Assembly: GCA_963815195.1 (NCBI GenBank)
Contig: CAWFGE010000012.1
Span: forward strand, 785,220 to 849,219
DNA length: 64,000 bases
Origin: an uncultured Planctomycetaceae bacterium
GTDB lineage: Bacteria > Planctomycetota > Planctomycetia > Planctomycetales > Planctomycetaceae
Reading direction: 5' to 3'
A model generated the notes under the pieces. That model ran no database searches and was not told the origin of the DNA. It worked only from the letters and a program-made list of their open reading frames with translations. Every line of letters begins with the position of its first letter. Position 1 is the first letter of the stretch. The translations under genes and the position numbers were made by a program. This document shows, piece after piece, positions 41,866 to 52,228 of this stretch.

Positions 41866-42031
41866 GACTCCGTCCTCCGCTCGCCTTCGGATGATCGTTC
41901 AACACGTACGCCGAGATCGTAAAAACCTCTGTGCATTCTAACGCAGGTTTTCGATCGGACTCCAGGCCGGATTCGAGACAATCCGGCAAGGAATCCATCT
42001 TGATCTGGACACGTCGTGAAACACAAACGAG

Positions 42032-43282
42032 TTAGGACGCCTGCGATGCGGCGTATTGCTCTCTGAGCCAATCGTCTTCGACCGTCTGGCCTTTGGGGAG
42101 CGTTTTGATGGCTTCGAGCACGGCTTCGATTTGGGCATCGGCCGGTTCCAGGCCCAGTTCGCTCAGTCGATGCGCGACCGCCCGCCGGCCGCTATGCCGG
42201 CCCAGGATCAACCGCACGCCCGCCGCCCCCACGCGTTCGGGGCGGTAGGGCAAATAGGTGTCGGGATTTTTTAATAGGCCGTCTTGATGAATCCCCGCTT
42301 CCGTGGCGAACACGTTGGAACCCGCGACCGGTTTCATCGGCGAGAGCCTGATCCCCGTCAGTTCCGCCACCAGTTCACACAGCGGCACGAGCTTCGTCGT
42401 ATCGATTTTCGCGGTGCGGCCGTATTGCTCGGCGTTCATCGTGAGCGCGATCGCGACTTCTTCGAGGGACGCATTTCCCGCCCGCTCGCCGATGCCGTTG
42501 ACCGTGCACTGCACGACGTTCGCCCCCGCCGCGATCCCCGCCAGCGAATTGGCGACGGCCAGTCCGTAATCGTTATGAAAGTGCACCGCGAGCAAGGCTT
42601 TGTCCATGTTGGGGACGCTGTCTTGAATCCGCCGCAGGATGTCCTGGACTTTTTCGGGCGTCAACACGCCGACGGTATCGGGAAAGCCGATCGTGGTCGC
42701 CCCGGCGTCGATGGCTTCCTTATAACAGGTGCAGAGAAAATCCAGTTCGGTCCGGCTCGCATCTTCCGGGCTGAAGGCCACGATCGGAAACCGCTCCGCG
42801 GCGTAAGTCACCGTCTCGCGGATGATCTCCAAAATCTGCTCTTTGGATTTGTTCAATTTGTGTTCGCGGTGCAAAGGGCTTGTCCCGCAGAACAGGCTCA
42901 CGCCCCGCTTGTGGTGCGGCTGGCCTTCGAGGGCCTGGGCGGCGGCGTCCACATCGCCTTTGACCGTCCGGCAGAGCGCGGTGAGCACCGGCTTTTTCAC
43001 GACGCCGATCATTTTGCGAATCGCGATCACGTCGGCTTCCGAAGACGCCGGGAACCCCGCATCGAGCGAATGAATCCCGGCTGCCTCCAAAGCGAGCGCG
43101 ATCCGCAGCTTGTCCTCGGGCTCCAGCGTCGCTCCCGGCATCTGCTCGCCGTCGCGGAGCGTCGTATCGCTGAACAAGACCTCGCCGCTGCGTCGATGGT
43201 GACTGATAACCACCTGCTTGACTACCTTTTCCACTTTACGGCGAACCGCCGTCAAAACCCCGGCCAACGACATAACCGCCAC
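42032..43282 (-). CDS. 2-isopropylmalate synthase / homocitrate synthase / citramalate synthase family enzyme (short form)
   Basis: [29 protein letters not shown] and [15 protein letters not shown] indicate a DRE-TIM aldolase domain. At 416 aa it lacks the long LeuA regulatory domain. Confidence 0.85.
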   Translation of the reverse strand: MAVMSLAGVLTAVRRKVEKVVKQVVISHHRRSGEVLFSDTTLRDGEQMPGATLEPEDKLRIALALEAAGIHSLDAGFPASSEADVIAIRKMIGVVKKPVLTALCRTVKGDVDAAAQALEGQPHHKRGVSLFCGTSPLHREHKLNKSKEQILEIIRETVTYAAERFPIVAFSPEDASRTELDFLCTCYKEAIDAGATTIGFPDTVGVLTPEKVQDILRRIQDSVPNMDKALLAVHFHNDYGLAVANSLAGIAAGANVVQCTVNGIGERAGNASLEEVAIALTMNAEQYGRTAKIDTTKLVPLCELVAELTGIRLSPMKPVAGSNVFATEAGIHQDGLLKNPDTYLPYRPERVGAAGVRLILGRHSGRRAVAHRLSELGLEPADAQIEAVLEAIKTLPKGQTVEDDWLREQYAASQAS

Positions 43283-43468
43283 TCAAAAAGGAAACAAACC
43301 CAGATTGTAGGCGAGCGATCTCGGTCAAGGGAAGCGCTCGGACGGTTTTTGTTGTGCACTGCAATTTGCCGGGAAGATTGGTAAGTTGAATCTCAATCAA
43401 CCGGTCCGCGACGAGATCCGGACCGGTGACGATTTCGTCGCGAACTGATGTCAAAGTGAGAACGAATC

Positions 43469-46400
43469 ATGCATCGCATCAAATCGCCTTGCGTTTGGGT
43501 CGCACTCGGCCTGTCCTTCCTGGGCGGAAAAAGCTGGGCGGATCCGGGTGAGACGGCCAAACGGCCCGCGTGGACCACCTCGCGAGTGAAGGGCAGTCCC
43601 GATCCCCCGTTGCCTTACCGGGCGAGACGAGTGTTTCCGCATTTGGGATTCACGCAGCCCACGGTGTTGACGAGCGCCCCGGGAACAGAGCGGCTGTTCG
43701 TCGCGGAACAAGGCGGACGCATCTATTCCATTCCCAACAACCGCGATTGCCGAAAGGCCGATCTGTTTTTGGATGTCAACCTGTCGGTCAAGCGGCTGAA
43801 TGCGTCGCTCAAGGAGAGGGACCAGGTGGCGTTCGTTGCGGTTTACGGGCTGACGTTTCATCCGGAATTCGCAACGAACCGCCGATGTTATGTCTGCTAT
43901 GTGGTCCGCTACAAAGACGGCGGCCGAGGGCAACACCCGCAGGGAACGCGCGTGGTGGAACTCCGCGCGACCGAGAGCGACCCGCCCGCGGCCATGCTGG
44001 AAAGCGAGAAAGAAATCCTCACCTGGCTGGACGGCGGCCATAACGGAGGCTGTCTCAAATTTGGCCCCGACGGCATGCTTTACATTTCCACAGGCGACGG
44101 CGGGAACGCATTCCCTCCCGATGGGCACACCTCGGGACAAGATGTCACGAATCTGCTCGCGGGGATTTTGCGAATCGATGTGAACCGAACATCCAACGAC
44201 AAGCCTTATGCGATTCCGCCGGACAATCCTTTCGCCAAGGCTCAAGTCGGAAAGCCGCTTGATCTTCCTGGAGAACCGGAGGAATCAAAACGAACTCCAT
44301 TGCCTGCCGTCCCGAACGGTGTGCGGCGGGAGATTTGGGCTTACGGAATGCGGAACCCGTGGAAGATGAGCTTCGATCGCAAGACGGGCGATCTGTGGGT
44401 CGGCGACGTTGGCTGGGAGCTTTGGGAATTGATCTACCGCGTGAAACCGGGCGACAATTACGGTTGGAGCCTCGTGGAAGGCCGGCAACCCGTGCGGCCC
44501 AATCAAAAGCCCGGTCCCACGCCCGTCGTTCCGCCCGCCGCCGAGATTCCCCATACCGAAGCCGCCTCGATCACCGGCGGCTTCGTCTACCGTGGCGATC
44601 GGTTGCGGGAGCTGCGCGGGCATTACATCTTCGGCGATTGGGAAACCCGCCGGTTCTGGAGCGTGGCCGTCGACGGCGCGACCATCGGCCCGCGGCGGGA
44701 ATTGGTGGAGCCCACCGTCCGCATTGTCGGTTTTGCCGAGCGCAACAACGGGGAACTCTTGCTCTTGGATTACGATGACGGTTCGATTCACGAACTCGTG
44801 CGAAACGAGGCGGTTCGAGTCGGGGAGACGTCGTTCCCGCGAAAGCTCAGCGAGACGGGCTTGTTCGATTCCGTCGCCGAGCACACGCCCGCCGAGGGGG
44901 TCGTGCCGTTTTCGATCAATGTGCCCCAATGGTCGGATTACGCCCAAGGCGAACGCTGGCTGGGTTTGCCGGGCGATTCCTCGATCACGGTGCATCCGCG
45001 GCCGGTGAGCGTGAGCGGTTCCATGTTCAACCGGTCGATGGATTACCCCAAAGATGCGGTGTTGATGAAGACATTGTCGCTGGAACTCAAGCACGGCGAC
45101 CCCTGGTCGAAGCGGCGGATTGAAACGCAGCTTCTGCACTTCAACGGCTACGATTGGCGGGGCTATACCTATCGCTGGAACGAAGACCAAACGGACGCGG
45201 AACTCGTCGAAGCCACGGGAGCCGTGGCATCTTTCGAGGTGATTGACAAGCACGCGCCCGGCGGGCGGCGGCTGCAAAAATGGCGGTTTTCCTCGCGGAT
45301 GGAGTGCATTCGCTGCCATAACCCGTGGGCGGAGTTTTCGCTGGCTTTCAACATTCCGCAGTTAAACCGCGGGGAGCGAACCAATCAACTCGAAGAACTC
45401 TACCGCCGGGGCGTGCTGCACGATCCGCCGCCGGCGGCGCATCCCGGCGATCCCTTCGCCGTGATCGAGCCGTCTTTGCCCCTGCGGGAGCGTCCGCGCC
45501 TCGTCGATCCTTTGGATGAGTCGGCTGATCTCAACGGGCGGGCTCGCGCTTATCTGCATGCCAACTGCGCTCATTGCCATCGCTTTAACGGCGGGGGCTC
45601 GGCACGGATTTATCTTCCCTTTGATACGTCGATCTATAAAACGGAAGCCGTCTCCACGCGTCCCTCGCAAGGCACGTTCGGCATCGAAGAGGCCCGGATT
45701 ATTGCGCCCGGCGATCCCGACCGTTCCGTGCTCTACTTCCGCATGGCGAAAGCGGGAGCCGGCCACATGCCGCACCTTGGCTCCTCTTTGATCGACTTCC
45801 GCGGCGTGTCCTTGGTGCACGATTGGATTCACCAACTGCCCCCGGACATCGAAGTGGCCGAGAAGATCGACGAGTTGGCGGCCCTCGATGAACCGGCCGT
45901 TTTGCAAAAGGAGCAGCGAGAGGCGGCGTGGACCCGCTGGAAAATCGCCCGGCAAATCGCCGACCGGGGCGGCCGCGAAATCCCCACGAAAGCCGATATG
46001 GACGCGGCCAGAGGCCAGGCGAAGAACGAAGCCAAAGCCCGGGCGGATGGGCGGGAACGCCGGCGGACGGAATTGATCGGGCAGATCCTATGCGATTCCC
46101 GCGGCGCACTCGCCTTGTCGCGCGCATGCCGTACGGGAAAAGTCCCGGCGTCGATTCAAACGCTTTCGGTGGGCACCGCCATGCAGCATGAAAACATCGC
46201 GGTGCGGGATCTGTTCGATCCCTTCCTGCCGGACGATCAACGCATCGAGCGGTTGGGGGATTCCATTGATTCCAAGCAGCTTTTGAGTTTGGCCGGCAAT
46301 GCGAACCGCGGTCGGGAATTGTTCTTGAACGCGAAAGGCGTGTCCTGCCGAAATTGCCACCGCGTGGGCCAGCAAGGAAAATCCCTGGGTCCGGACTTGA

Positions 46401-46714
46401 GCCAGATTGGCAAAAAGCTGAACCGGCCCAAATTGTTGGAAAGCCTTTTGGAACCCTCGCGCGAGATCGATCCCAAGTTCGCGAGCTGGCAAGTGCTGAC
46501 GGCATCGGGCCAGGTGGTCTTGGGACTCTTGGAGAAGCGAACGGATCGGGAAGTGGTCCTCCGCGATGCCGAGGGCAAACAGCACAAGCTCGCCACGGCT
46601 GAGATCGAAGAAATGTTCCCGCAAAGAACGTCATTGATGCCGGACCGCCAGATCCAGGGCCTGACCCCCCAACAAGCCGCCGACCTGCTCGAGTGGCTGG
46701 CCAGTTTGAAGTAA
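43469..46714 (+). CDS. PQQ-dependent sugar dehydrogenase-like beta-propeller fused to multiple c-type heme-binding domains
   Basis: Signal peptide; GLTFHPEF, HNGGCLKFGPDGMLYISTGDGG and YGMRNPWKMSFDRKTGDLWVGDVG (sorbosone/aldose dehydrogenase motifs); CIRCH, CAHCH and CRNCH ... LGPDLSQIGKKLNRPKLLESLLEPS. Confidence 0.85.
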   Translation: MHRIKSPCVWVALGLSFLGGKSWADPGETAKRPAWTTSRVKGSPDPPLPYRARRVFPHLGFTQPTVLTSAPGTERLFVAEQGGRIYSIPNNRDCRKADLFLDVNLSVKRLNASLKERDQVAFVAVYGLTFHPEFATNRRCYVCYVVRYKDGGRGQHPQGTRVVELRATESDPPAAMLESEKEILTWLDGGHNGGCLKFGPDGMLYISTGDGGNAFPPDGHTSGQDVTNLLAGILRIDVNRTSNDKPYAIPPDNPFAKAQVGKPLDLPGEPEESKRTPLPAVPNGVRREIWAYGMRNPWKMSFDRKTGDLWVGDVGWELWELIYRVKPGDNYGWSLVEGRQPVRPNQKPGPTPVVPPAAEIPHTEAASITGGFVYRGDRLRELRGHYIFGDWETRRFWSVAVDGATIGPRRELVEPTVRIVGFAERNNGELLLLDYDDGSIHELVRNEAVRVGETSFPRKLSETGLFDSVAEHTPAEGVVPFSINVPQWSDYAQGERWLGLPGDSSITVHPRPVSVSGSMFNRSMDYPKDAVLMKTLSLELKHGDPWSKRRIETQLLHFNGYDWRGYTYRWNEDQTDAELVEATGAVASFEVIDKHAPGGRRLQKWRFSSRMECIRCHNPWAEFSLAFNIPQLNRGERTNQLEELYRRGVLHDPPPAAHPGDPFAVIEPSLPLRERPRLVDPLDESADLNGRARAYLHANCAHCHRFNGGGSARIYLPFDTSIYKTEAVSTRPSQGTFGIEEARIIAPGDPDRSVLYFRMAKAGAGHMPHLGSSLIDFRGVSLVHDWIHQLPPDIEVAEKIDELAALDEPAVLQKEQREAAWTRWKIARQIADRGGREIPTKADMDAARGQAKNEAKARADGRERRRTELIGQILCDSRGALALSRACRTGKVPASIQTLSVGTAMQHENIAVRDLFDPFLPDDQRIERLGDSIDSKQLLSLAGNANRGRELFLNAKGVSCRNCHRVGQQGKSLGPDLSQIGKKLNRPKLLESLLEPSREIDPKFASWQVLTASGQVVLGLLEKRTDREVVLRDAEGKQHKLATAEIEEMFPQRTSLMPDRQIQGLTPQQAADLLEWLASLK

Positions 46715-46719
46715 AAGTC

Positions 46720-46831
46720 CGCGCTTCTCATTCAAATCCGAAGCGCGCAGTCGGCAATCCGAAACAAATCCAAAATCCCTATGTCCCAAACAAACTGCTC
46801 CATACATCCAGCCCACCCGACGCGCTGGGTT
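46720..46831 (+). repeat. Intergenic repeat family 1, copy D (left half only)
   Basis: ttcaaatccgaagcgcgcagtcggcaatccgaaacaaatccaaaatccctatgtcccaaacaa...cccgacgcgctgggttt aligns with the left half of copies A and B, then diverges. Confidence 0.7.
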
Positions 46832-46964
46832 TAACTTCCCACGGGGGACTTGACAAATTCAAGCCAGTGGTTGGCGAAGCGGACACGCCCTTCGTCGCGA
46901 CGGAGATGTTCCCACACCGTCAAATGGGTTCGAGACAATTCACCAGTCTGATAAAGGCCAAACC

Positions 46965-47519
46965 ATGAACAGTCAGCCCATGCCCGAAACGAATGAGCGA
47001 CAACTGCTGTCCCGGTCGCTGAAAGTCGCGGGGGGCTTGTTGATCGCGCTCGGCATCGTTTCGATCATTGTCCCCTGGGCGGCGGCGATTGCGATTGAGG
47101 CCTTTCTGGGCGTGGTGTTCCTGCTGGCGGGCTTCGGGGAATTGATTTTCGCCTGGGAATTTCGCTCGGTGGACGGCGCGGCGTGGCGGTTCCTGCGGGC
47201 CGCGGGATTCCTCGCCGCGGGCGTTTTGCTATTCGTGTTCCCGCTCGTTGGGATCGGCGCTCTCACACTTGTGTTGGGGATATTATTCTTCGCCGACGGC
47301 CTCTTGCGGCTGATGCTGGCGGCGCATCTCCAGCGGAATCAAGGTTTCGTCATCGTCGACGGCGTGTTGGGCATTCTTCTGGGAATCGTGATTCTCATAG
47401 GCTGGCCCGGAAACGCCCCTTGGATTCTCGGAATCCTCGTGGGCATCCGCCTGTTGATGACGGGGGTCGCGCTGTGGATGATCGGCTCCGCCTTCCGCTC
47501 AACGCATCCGCCAATGTAA
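46965..47519 (+). CDS. HdeD/DUF308 family membrane protein
   Basis: 184 aa with six hydrophobic helices in the repeating DUF308 pattern (GILLGIVILIGWPG...LVGIRLLMTGV). Confidence 0.75.
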   Translation: MNSQPMPETNERQLLSRSLKVAGGLLIALGIVSIIVPWAAAIAIEAFLGVVFLLAGFGELIFAWEFRSVDGAAWRFLRAAGFLAAGVLLFVFPLVGIGALTLVLGILFFADGLLRLMLAAHLQRNQGFVIVDGVLGILLGIVILIGWPGNAPWILGILVGIRLLMTGVALWMIGSAFRSTHPPM

Positions 47520-47556
47520 CGCCTGCCGGTCAAAACCTTTCCGAAGGATTCGTTCC

Positions 47557-49014
47557 ATGAAACATCTTCTTGTTAAAGCCGCGTTGACCGTTTGGCTCGC
47601 GGGCGGTCTGTGTTTCAGCCACGTTTCCATCGCGCGTGCAGAGTCGCCGATTTCGCTGCATCCGGAGAATCCGCACTACTTTCTCTGGAAGGGAAAACCG
47701 ACGGTGCTGGTCACCTCCGGCGAGCATTACGGGGCCGTGCTGAATTTGGATTTCAATTATGCCCGCTATCTGGCGGAACTCGCAAAAGACGGCCTGAACC
47801 ATACCCGCACGTTTTCCGGCGTGTATCGCGAGATTCCCTCGTCCTTCGGCATCACCGACAATCCCCTCGCGCCCAAGCCCGGCCGGTATCTCGCGCCGTG
47901 GGCGCGCAGCGATCAGCCGGGCGATTTCGACGGCGGCCGCAAGTTCGACTTGACCCGGTTCGACAATAAGTACTTCGAGCGGCTCAAGGATTTTATGAAA
48001 GAGGCCCAAAAGCGGGGCGTCGTTGTCGAGTTCAACCTGTTCTGCCCGATGTATAACGACCAGCTCTGGCGAGCCTGCCCGATGAACGCCGCGAACAATG
48101 TCAACAACATCGGCGATTGTCCGCGCATGGAAGTTTACACGGGAAAACACAAAGGCCTCCTGGAGGTGCAACTCGCCGTGACGCGAAAGATCGTCGGCGA
48201 ACTCAAGGACTTCGACAACCTGTATTACGAAGTGTGCAACGAGCCTTACTTCGGCGGGGTGACGCTGGATTGGCAGCACCGGATTGTCGATGCCATCGCG
48301 GACGCCGAGAAAGACTTTTCGCATCCGCATTTGATTTCGATGAACATCGCCAACGGCCGGGCCAAGGTCGAAAAGCCGCATTCCAAGGTGTCGATCTTCA
48401 ATTTCCATTACTGCGTGCCGCCGGATGCGGTGGCGATGAATTACGGGCTGGGCCGCGCGATCGGCGAGAACGAGACCGGCTTTCGCGGACGGGAGGATCT
48501 CTTGTATCGCACTGAGGGCTGGGATTTTTTGCTGGCGGGCGGGGCGCTTTATAACAACCTGGACTACTCGTTTACGCCCGCGCATCCGGACGGGTCGCTC
48601 AAGGATTACCGATCGCCTGGCGGCGGCAGTCCGGAACTGCGGAAGCAGTTGGGGCACCTCAAGACGTTTATGCAGTCGGTCGATTTTGTCCACATGCAGC
48701 CGGCGGGCGGCGTGATTCGCAAAGTCGCGACCAAGCTGACGGCTTCCGCGCTCGCCGATCACGGCCGGTCTTATGCGATCTATCTGCATGTGCCGCTGCC
48801 CAACAAGCCGAAGAACCTCAAGCAGCAGTTGCGGGAGGGGATCGAATCCGAGCTCACGCTCGACCTGCCCAAGGGCCGGTATCGCGTGGAATGGGTGGAC
48901 ACCAAGACCGGCAAGCCGGCGCGCGGCGAAAACCTCGACCACCCCGGCGGCGACGCCATGCTCAAATCCCCCGCCTTCGCCAACGACATCGCCCTCCGCA
49001 TCGTCGCCCGTTGA
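47557..49014 (+). CDS. Secreted putative glycoside hydrolase (clan GH-A / GH5-like)
   Basis: Signal peptide; NLYYEVCNEPYFGG carries an NEP catalytic-acid motif typical of GH5-like TIM barrels. 485 aa. Confidence 0.55.
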   Translation: MKHLLVKAALTVWLAGGLCFSHVSIARAESPISLHPENPHYFLWKGKPTVLVTSGEHYGAVLNLDFNYARYLAELAKDGLNHTRTFSGVYREIPSSFGITDNPLAPKPGRYLAPWARSDQPGDFDGGRKFDLTRFDNKYFERLKDFMKEAQKRGVVVEFNLFCPMYNDQLWRACPMNAANNVNNIGDCPRMEVYTGKHKGLLEVQLAVTRKIVGELKDFDNLYYEVCNEPYFGGVTLDWQHRIVDAIADAEKDFSHPHLISMNIANGRAKVEKPHSKVSIFNFHYCVPPDAVAMNYGLGRAIGENETGFRGREDLLYRTEGWDFLLAGGALYNNLDYSFTPAHPDGSLKDYRSPGGGSPELRKQLGHLKTFMQSVDFVHMQPAGGVIRKVATKLTASALADHGRSYAIYLHVPLPNKPKNLKQQLREGIESELTLDLPKGRYRVEWVDTKTGKPARGENLDHPGGDAMLKSPAFANDIALRIVAR

Positions 49015-49367
49015 AAATCCTTCTCAAATCCGGACGCAGGCGAGCCGCTTACGCGCGGCTCAACTGCGTTCCCGTTCTCCCATCTCCCGTTCTCCCCTTC
49101 TCCCAATCTCCCGCTCTTTACGGATCCGCTCTGACATTCTGCCCAGATGTCGTTGCGAACATGCCGACTTGTTCCAGTTTGGTTCGCTTTCAAAAAAGTC
49201 AAACTTTTCTCATTTTCTTTGCCCGGTCGCTTTTTCCATTCACGACTAAAGGGGTGTGACACGATTCGGAAACCGGAAAGCCCCCCATAAACGGCTTCGG
49301 GTTTCCTCCCCGTCAAGGTCATCGATGGATGATTTTGATTTTCTGCCCTTTGAATAGGAAAAGCCGA

Positions 49368-50447
49368 ATGAAAAACGCCGTCGATCAATTTTTTGCTGAG
49401 GATGTGGCCGCGTTGACCGCCGGACTCGCAGAACTGGAAGAGCATATCGAGCCCTTAGAACTGCCCGAGGACGACGCGGTGCTCGGCGATTTGGAACTGC
49501 TGATGGGGCGGGCCTTGGACGCTTGCCGCCGGCTCGATGCGGTGATTGGCGGCGACGCCGATTTGTTGAAAGCCACTCAAGAGCGGTTCCGCGAAGCGAC
49601 GGCTCCCTGGTGTGGACAAAGCTGGATCATCCACCGCGCCCGCTCCAAGCCCCGCGGCTTCCCCGGCGATTATCAGATGCTCTCGGCGATTTACGATGGC
49701 ATTCCCGTCTCCCGCGGCCTGGGCGGTTATCTCGACCGGGCGTGCCTCAAGATGACGTTGGGCCGCGCGGTCGATGCCCGGATGCGGGACGCCCGCCGGT
49801 TCCTCCAAACCGAACTGGCCGACCGCGAAGGCGAGGTGACCATTCTGGATGTCGCCTCCGGTCCTTGCCGGGAATACCGGGGCGGGCTGCACGTCAATGG
49901 TCCCCGCGCGATCCAGGTGACCTGCGTGGATTCGGACGAAAGCGCTCTCCATTACGTGTGCCGGAACATCGCGAAGACCACCCCCCGGAACATCCGGTTC
50001 GATTGCGTCCGCCACAACGCCCTCCGCATGCGTTCCGCGGCCGCGATCGTCGAAAAGTTCGGCCGCAACGACATTATCTACAGCGTGGGCCTTGCGGATT
50101 ACATTTCCGACAAGCTGTTGATCCCCATGCTGAGCGCCTGGAAAGACGCCGTGAATCCGGGCGGCGTGGTGTACGTCGCCTTCAAAGATTGCCTCCGGTA
50201 CGACAAGGTCGAATACCAATGGCTGATGGATTGGCATTTCCTCCAGCGCACCGAGGAAGACTGCCGGAAGCTGCTCGAGTTGGCGGGCTACGACATGGAC
50301 CAGATCGAAACGAGCCGGGACGAAACGGGCGTCATCATTCACTATGTGAGCCGGTCCAAGGTGCCCGCGTTTGTTCGCATCGATTCCGAATCGCAGCCGG
50401 TCCCGCAATCGATCCTGGCCCGTCAGACCGCGGAAGTGCCATCGTAA
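49368..50447 (+). CDS. Class I SAM-dependent methyltransferase with an N-terminal helical domain
   Basis: ILDVASGPCREY (motif I), CVDSDESAL, and YSVGLADYISD ... VNPGGVVYVAF. Confidence 0.7.
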   Translation: MKNAVDQFFAEDVAALTAGLAELEEHIEPLELPEDDAVLGDLELLMGRALDACRRLDAVIGGDADLLKATQERFREATAPWCGQSWIIHRARSKPRGFPGDYQMLSAIYDGIPVSRGLGGYLDRACLKMTLGRAVDARMRDARRFLQTELADREGEVTILDVASGPCREYRGGLHVNGPRAIQVTCVDSDESALHYVCRNIAKTTPRNIRFDCVRHNALRMRSAAAIVEKFGRNDIIYSVGLADYISDKLLIPMLSAWKDAVNPGGVVYVAFKDCLRYDKVEYQWLMDWHFLQRTEEDCRKLLELAGYDMDQIETSRDETGVIIHYVSRSKVPAFVRIDSESQPVPQSILARQTAEVPS

Positions 50448-50470
50448 CGCATCGTGGGAAAGGCATCCTA

Positions 50471-50544
50471 GAGAGCCGCGCACGAAGTAAGCGGTTTTCA
50501 GGGAATTAGATAACGCAAGACCGCTTACTTCGTGCGCGGCTCTC
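50471..50544. repeat. Repeat family 2 hairpin
   Basis: gagagccgcgcacgaagtaagcgg, a 26-nt loop, then ccgcttacttcgtgcgcggctctc. It lies downstream of the methyltransferase stop. Confidence 0.85.
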
Positions 50545-50724
50545 ATAACTGAGCTGGCAGCCTCCGATCCCTGACTTGTCAGTTCAGAACGCAAGCGAGG
50601 AAACACCCCGTTGCCTCGCTTGCGTTTTTGCGCGGACTGGGCAGAGCCAGGCGGGTGTGGTATGAACCGGGAAAGAGGATTTTCATCTTCCCCGCGCGAG
50701 CACCTGCCTGGAAAGGACGGCCGA

Positions 50725-52073
50725 ATGACACAGCGGATTTTGAGCATCTCGGGACTGCGGGGCGTGATCGGGGACGGGCTCGATCCCGGTTATGTTTCCC
50801 AGTTTGCAATGGCGCTCGGCACGTTGTTTGAAGGCGGGCAGGTCGTGCTCGCGCGGGACGGGCGTTCCACGGGGCCGATGATCAAGCACGCGGTCCTCGC
50901 GGGGCTGCTCGCCGCGGGTTGCCGGGTCATCGATGCCGGCATCGCTTCGACCCCGACCTGCGGCGTTTTGGTGAATCATCTCAACGCCGCGGGCGGGCTG
51001 CAGATCACGGCCAGCCACAATCCCGTCCAGTGGAACGGCCTGAAGCCTTTCTCTCCCGCCGGATCGGTGTTCGATCATGAATTGGGAGAGACGCTGCTCG
51101 AATTGCTCGTCGAGCAGCAGTATCGGCTCGCGGCATGGGACGAACTGGGCGCGGTGGAAGTGCAGGAGGACCTGGGCGTCGTGCACCTGGAGCGGGTGTT
51201 CGACCTTGTGGATCGGCTCGCCATCCGCGAACGCCGATTGAAAGTCGTGCTCGATTGCAACCACGGCTCCGGGGCGATGCTCGGGCCGAAGCTGCTCGCC
51301 GAACTGGGCTGCGAGGTGCACGTGCTCGGCGGCATGGCGGACGGCCTGTTCGATCACCCCCCGGAACCCGCCAAGGAAAATCTCACCGACCTCTGCGATG
51401 TCGTCAAAACGCTCGGGGCGGACGTGGGATTCGCGCAGGATCCCGACGCCGACCGCCTGGCGATCGTCGATGAGACCGGGCGTTACATCGGCGAAGAGCT
51501 GACCTTGGGCCTGTGCGCGGATCATGTGCTTTCCCGCCGGCCCGGTCCGGTCGTCGTCAACGGCTCGACCAGCCGGGTGACGCAGGATCTCGCGGAGAAA
51601 TACGGCTGCCCGTTTTTTCGCTCGCACGTCGGCGAAGCCAACGTCGTCGCCAAGATGCGCGCGGTCTCCGCGGTCCTGGGCGGCGAAGGCAACGGCGGCG
51701 TGATCGATCCCCAGGTCGGCTACGTCCGCGACAGCTTTTTGAGCATGGCCTATGTCCTGGAAGGCCTGGCGCTCGGAAAGCCCAGCGTCTCGGCGTGGGC
51801 GGATTCGCTGCCGAGCTACAGCATCGTCAAAAACAAGCTGACCTGCCCGCGCAAAAAGTGGACCTCGCCTGCGACGCCCTCACGCAGGCTTACAGGGACG
51901 CCACGTCGACCGAAGGCGACGGCCTCCGCCTGGATTGGCCGGACCGCTGGGTGCAGGTCCGGGCCTCGAACACCGAACCGATCCTGCGGGTGATCGCCGA
52001 GGCCCCGGACGAATCGGCCGCCCTGGAACTCTGCTCTGATGCCATGACCCGCGTCCAAGCCGCCGTCGGATGA
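50725..52073 (+). CDS. Phosphohexomutase (phosphoglucosamine mutase / phosphomannomutase family), frame broken at the A5 run 51853-51857
   Basis: ATG at 50725: MTQRILSISGLRGVIG..., active-site ITASHNPVQWNGLK, metal loop FAQDPDADRL. The conserved end (VDLACDALTQAY...GDGLRLDWPDRWVQVRASNTEPILRVIAEA) is in ORF 51513-52073. Confidence 0.88.
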
Positions 52074-52228
52074 CGGGGAGCGATAAACATTGTCCGCCGC
52101 GCCGCGAGTCGCTACAGTTGACCTCCGGTCTTGGCTTTGGAAATATCGCTTCATCGAAACCGGTGACTAGCGCCGACCGCTCATATTTTCAAACCGATTC
52201 TTAGGCAGCCAACTGAGGAGAGAACCAC

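Noticed and set aside
49120-49367. Possible riboswitch or leader RNA upstream of the 49368 methyltransferase (ggaaaccggaaagcccccc...cttcgggtttcc).
   Set aside because: Only a short local hairpin is visible. I cannot match it to any riboswitch consensus I know by eye. A covariance-model scan would be needed before making any claim.
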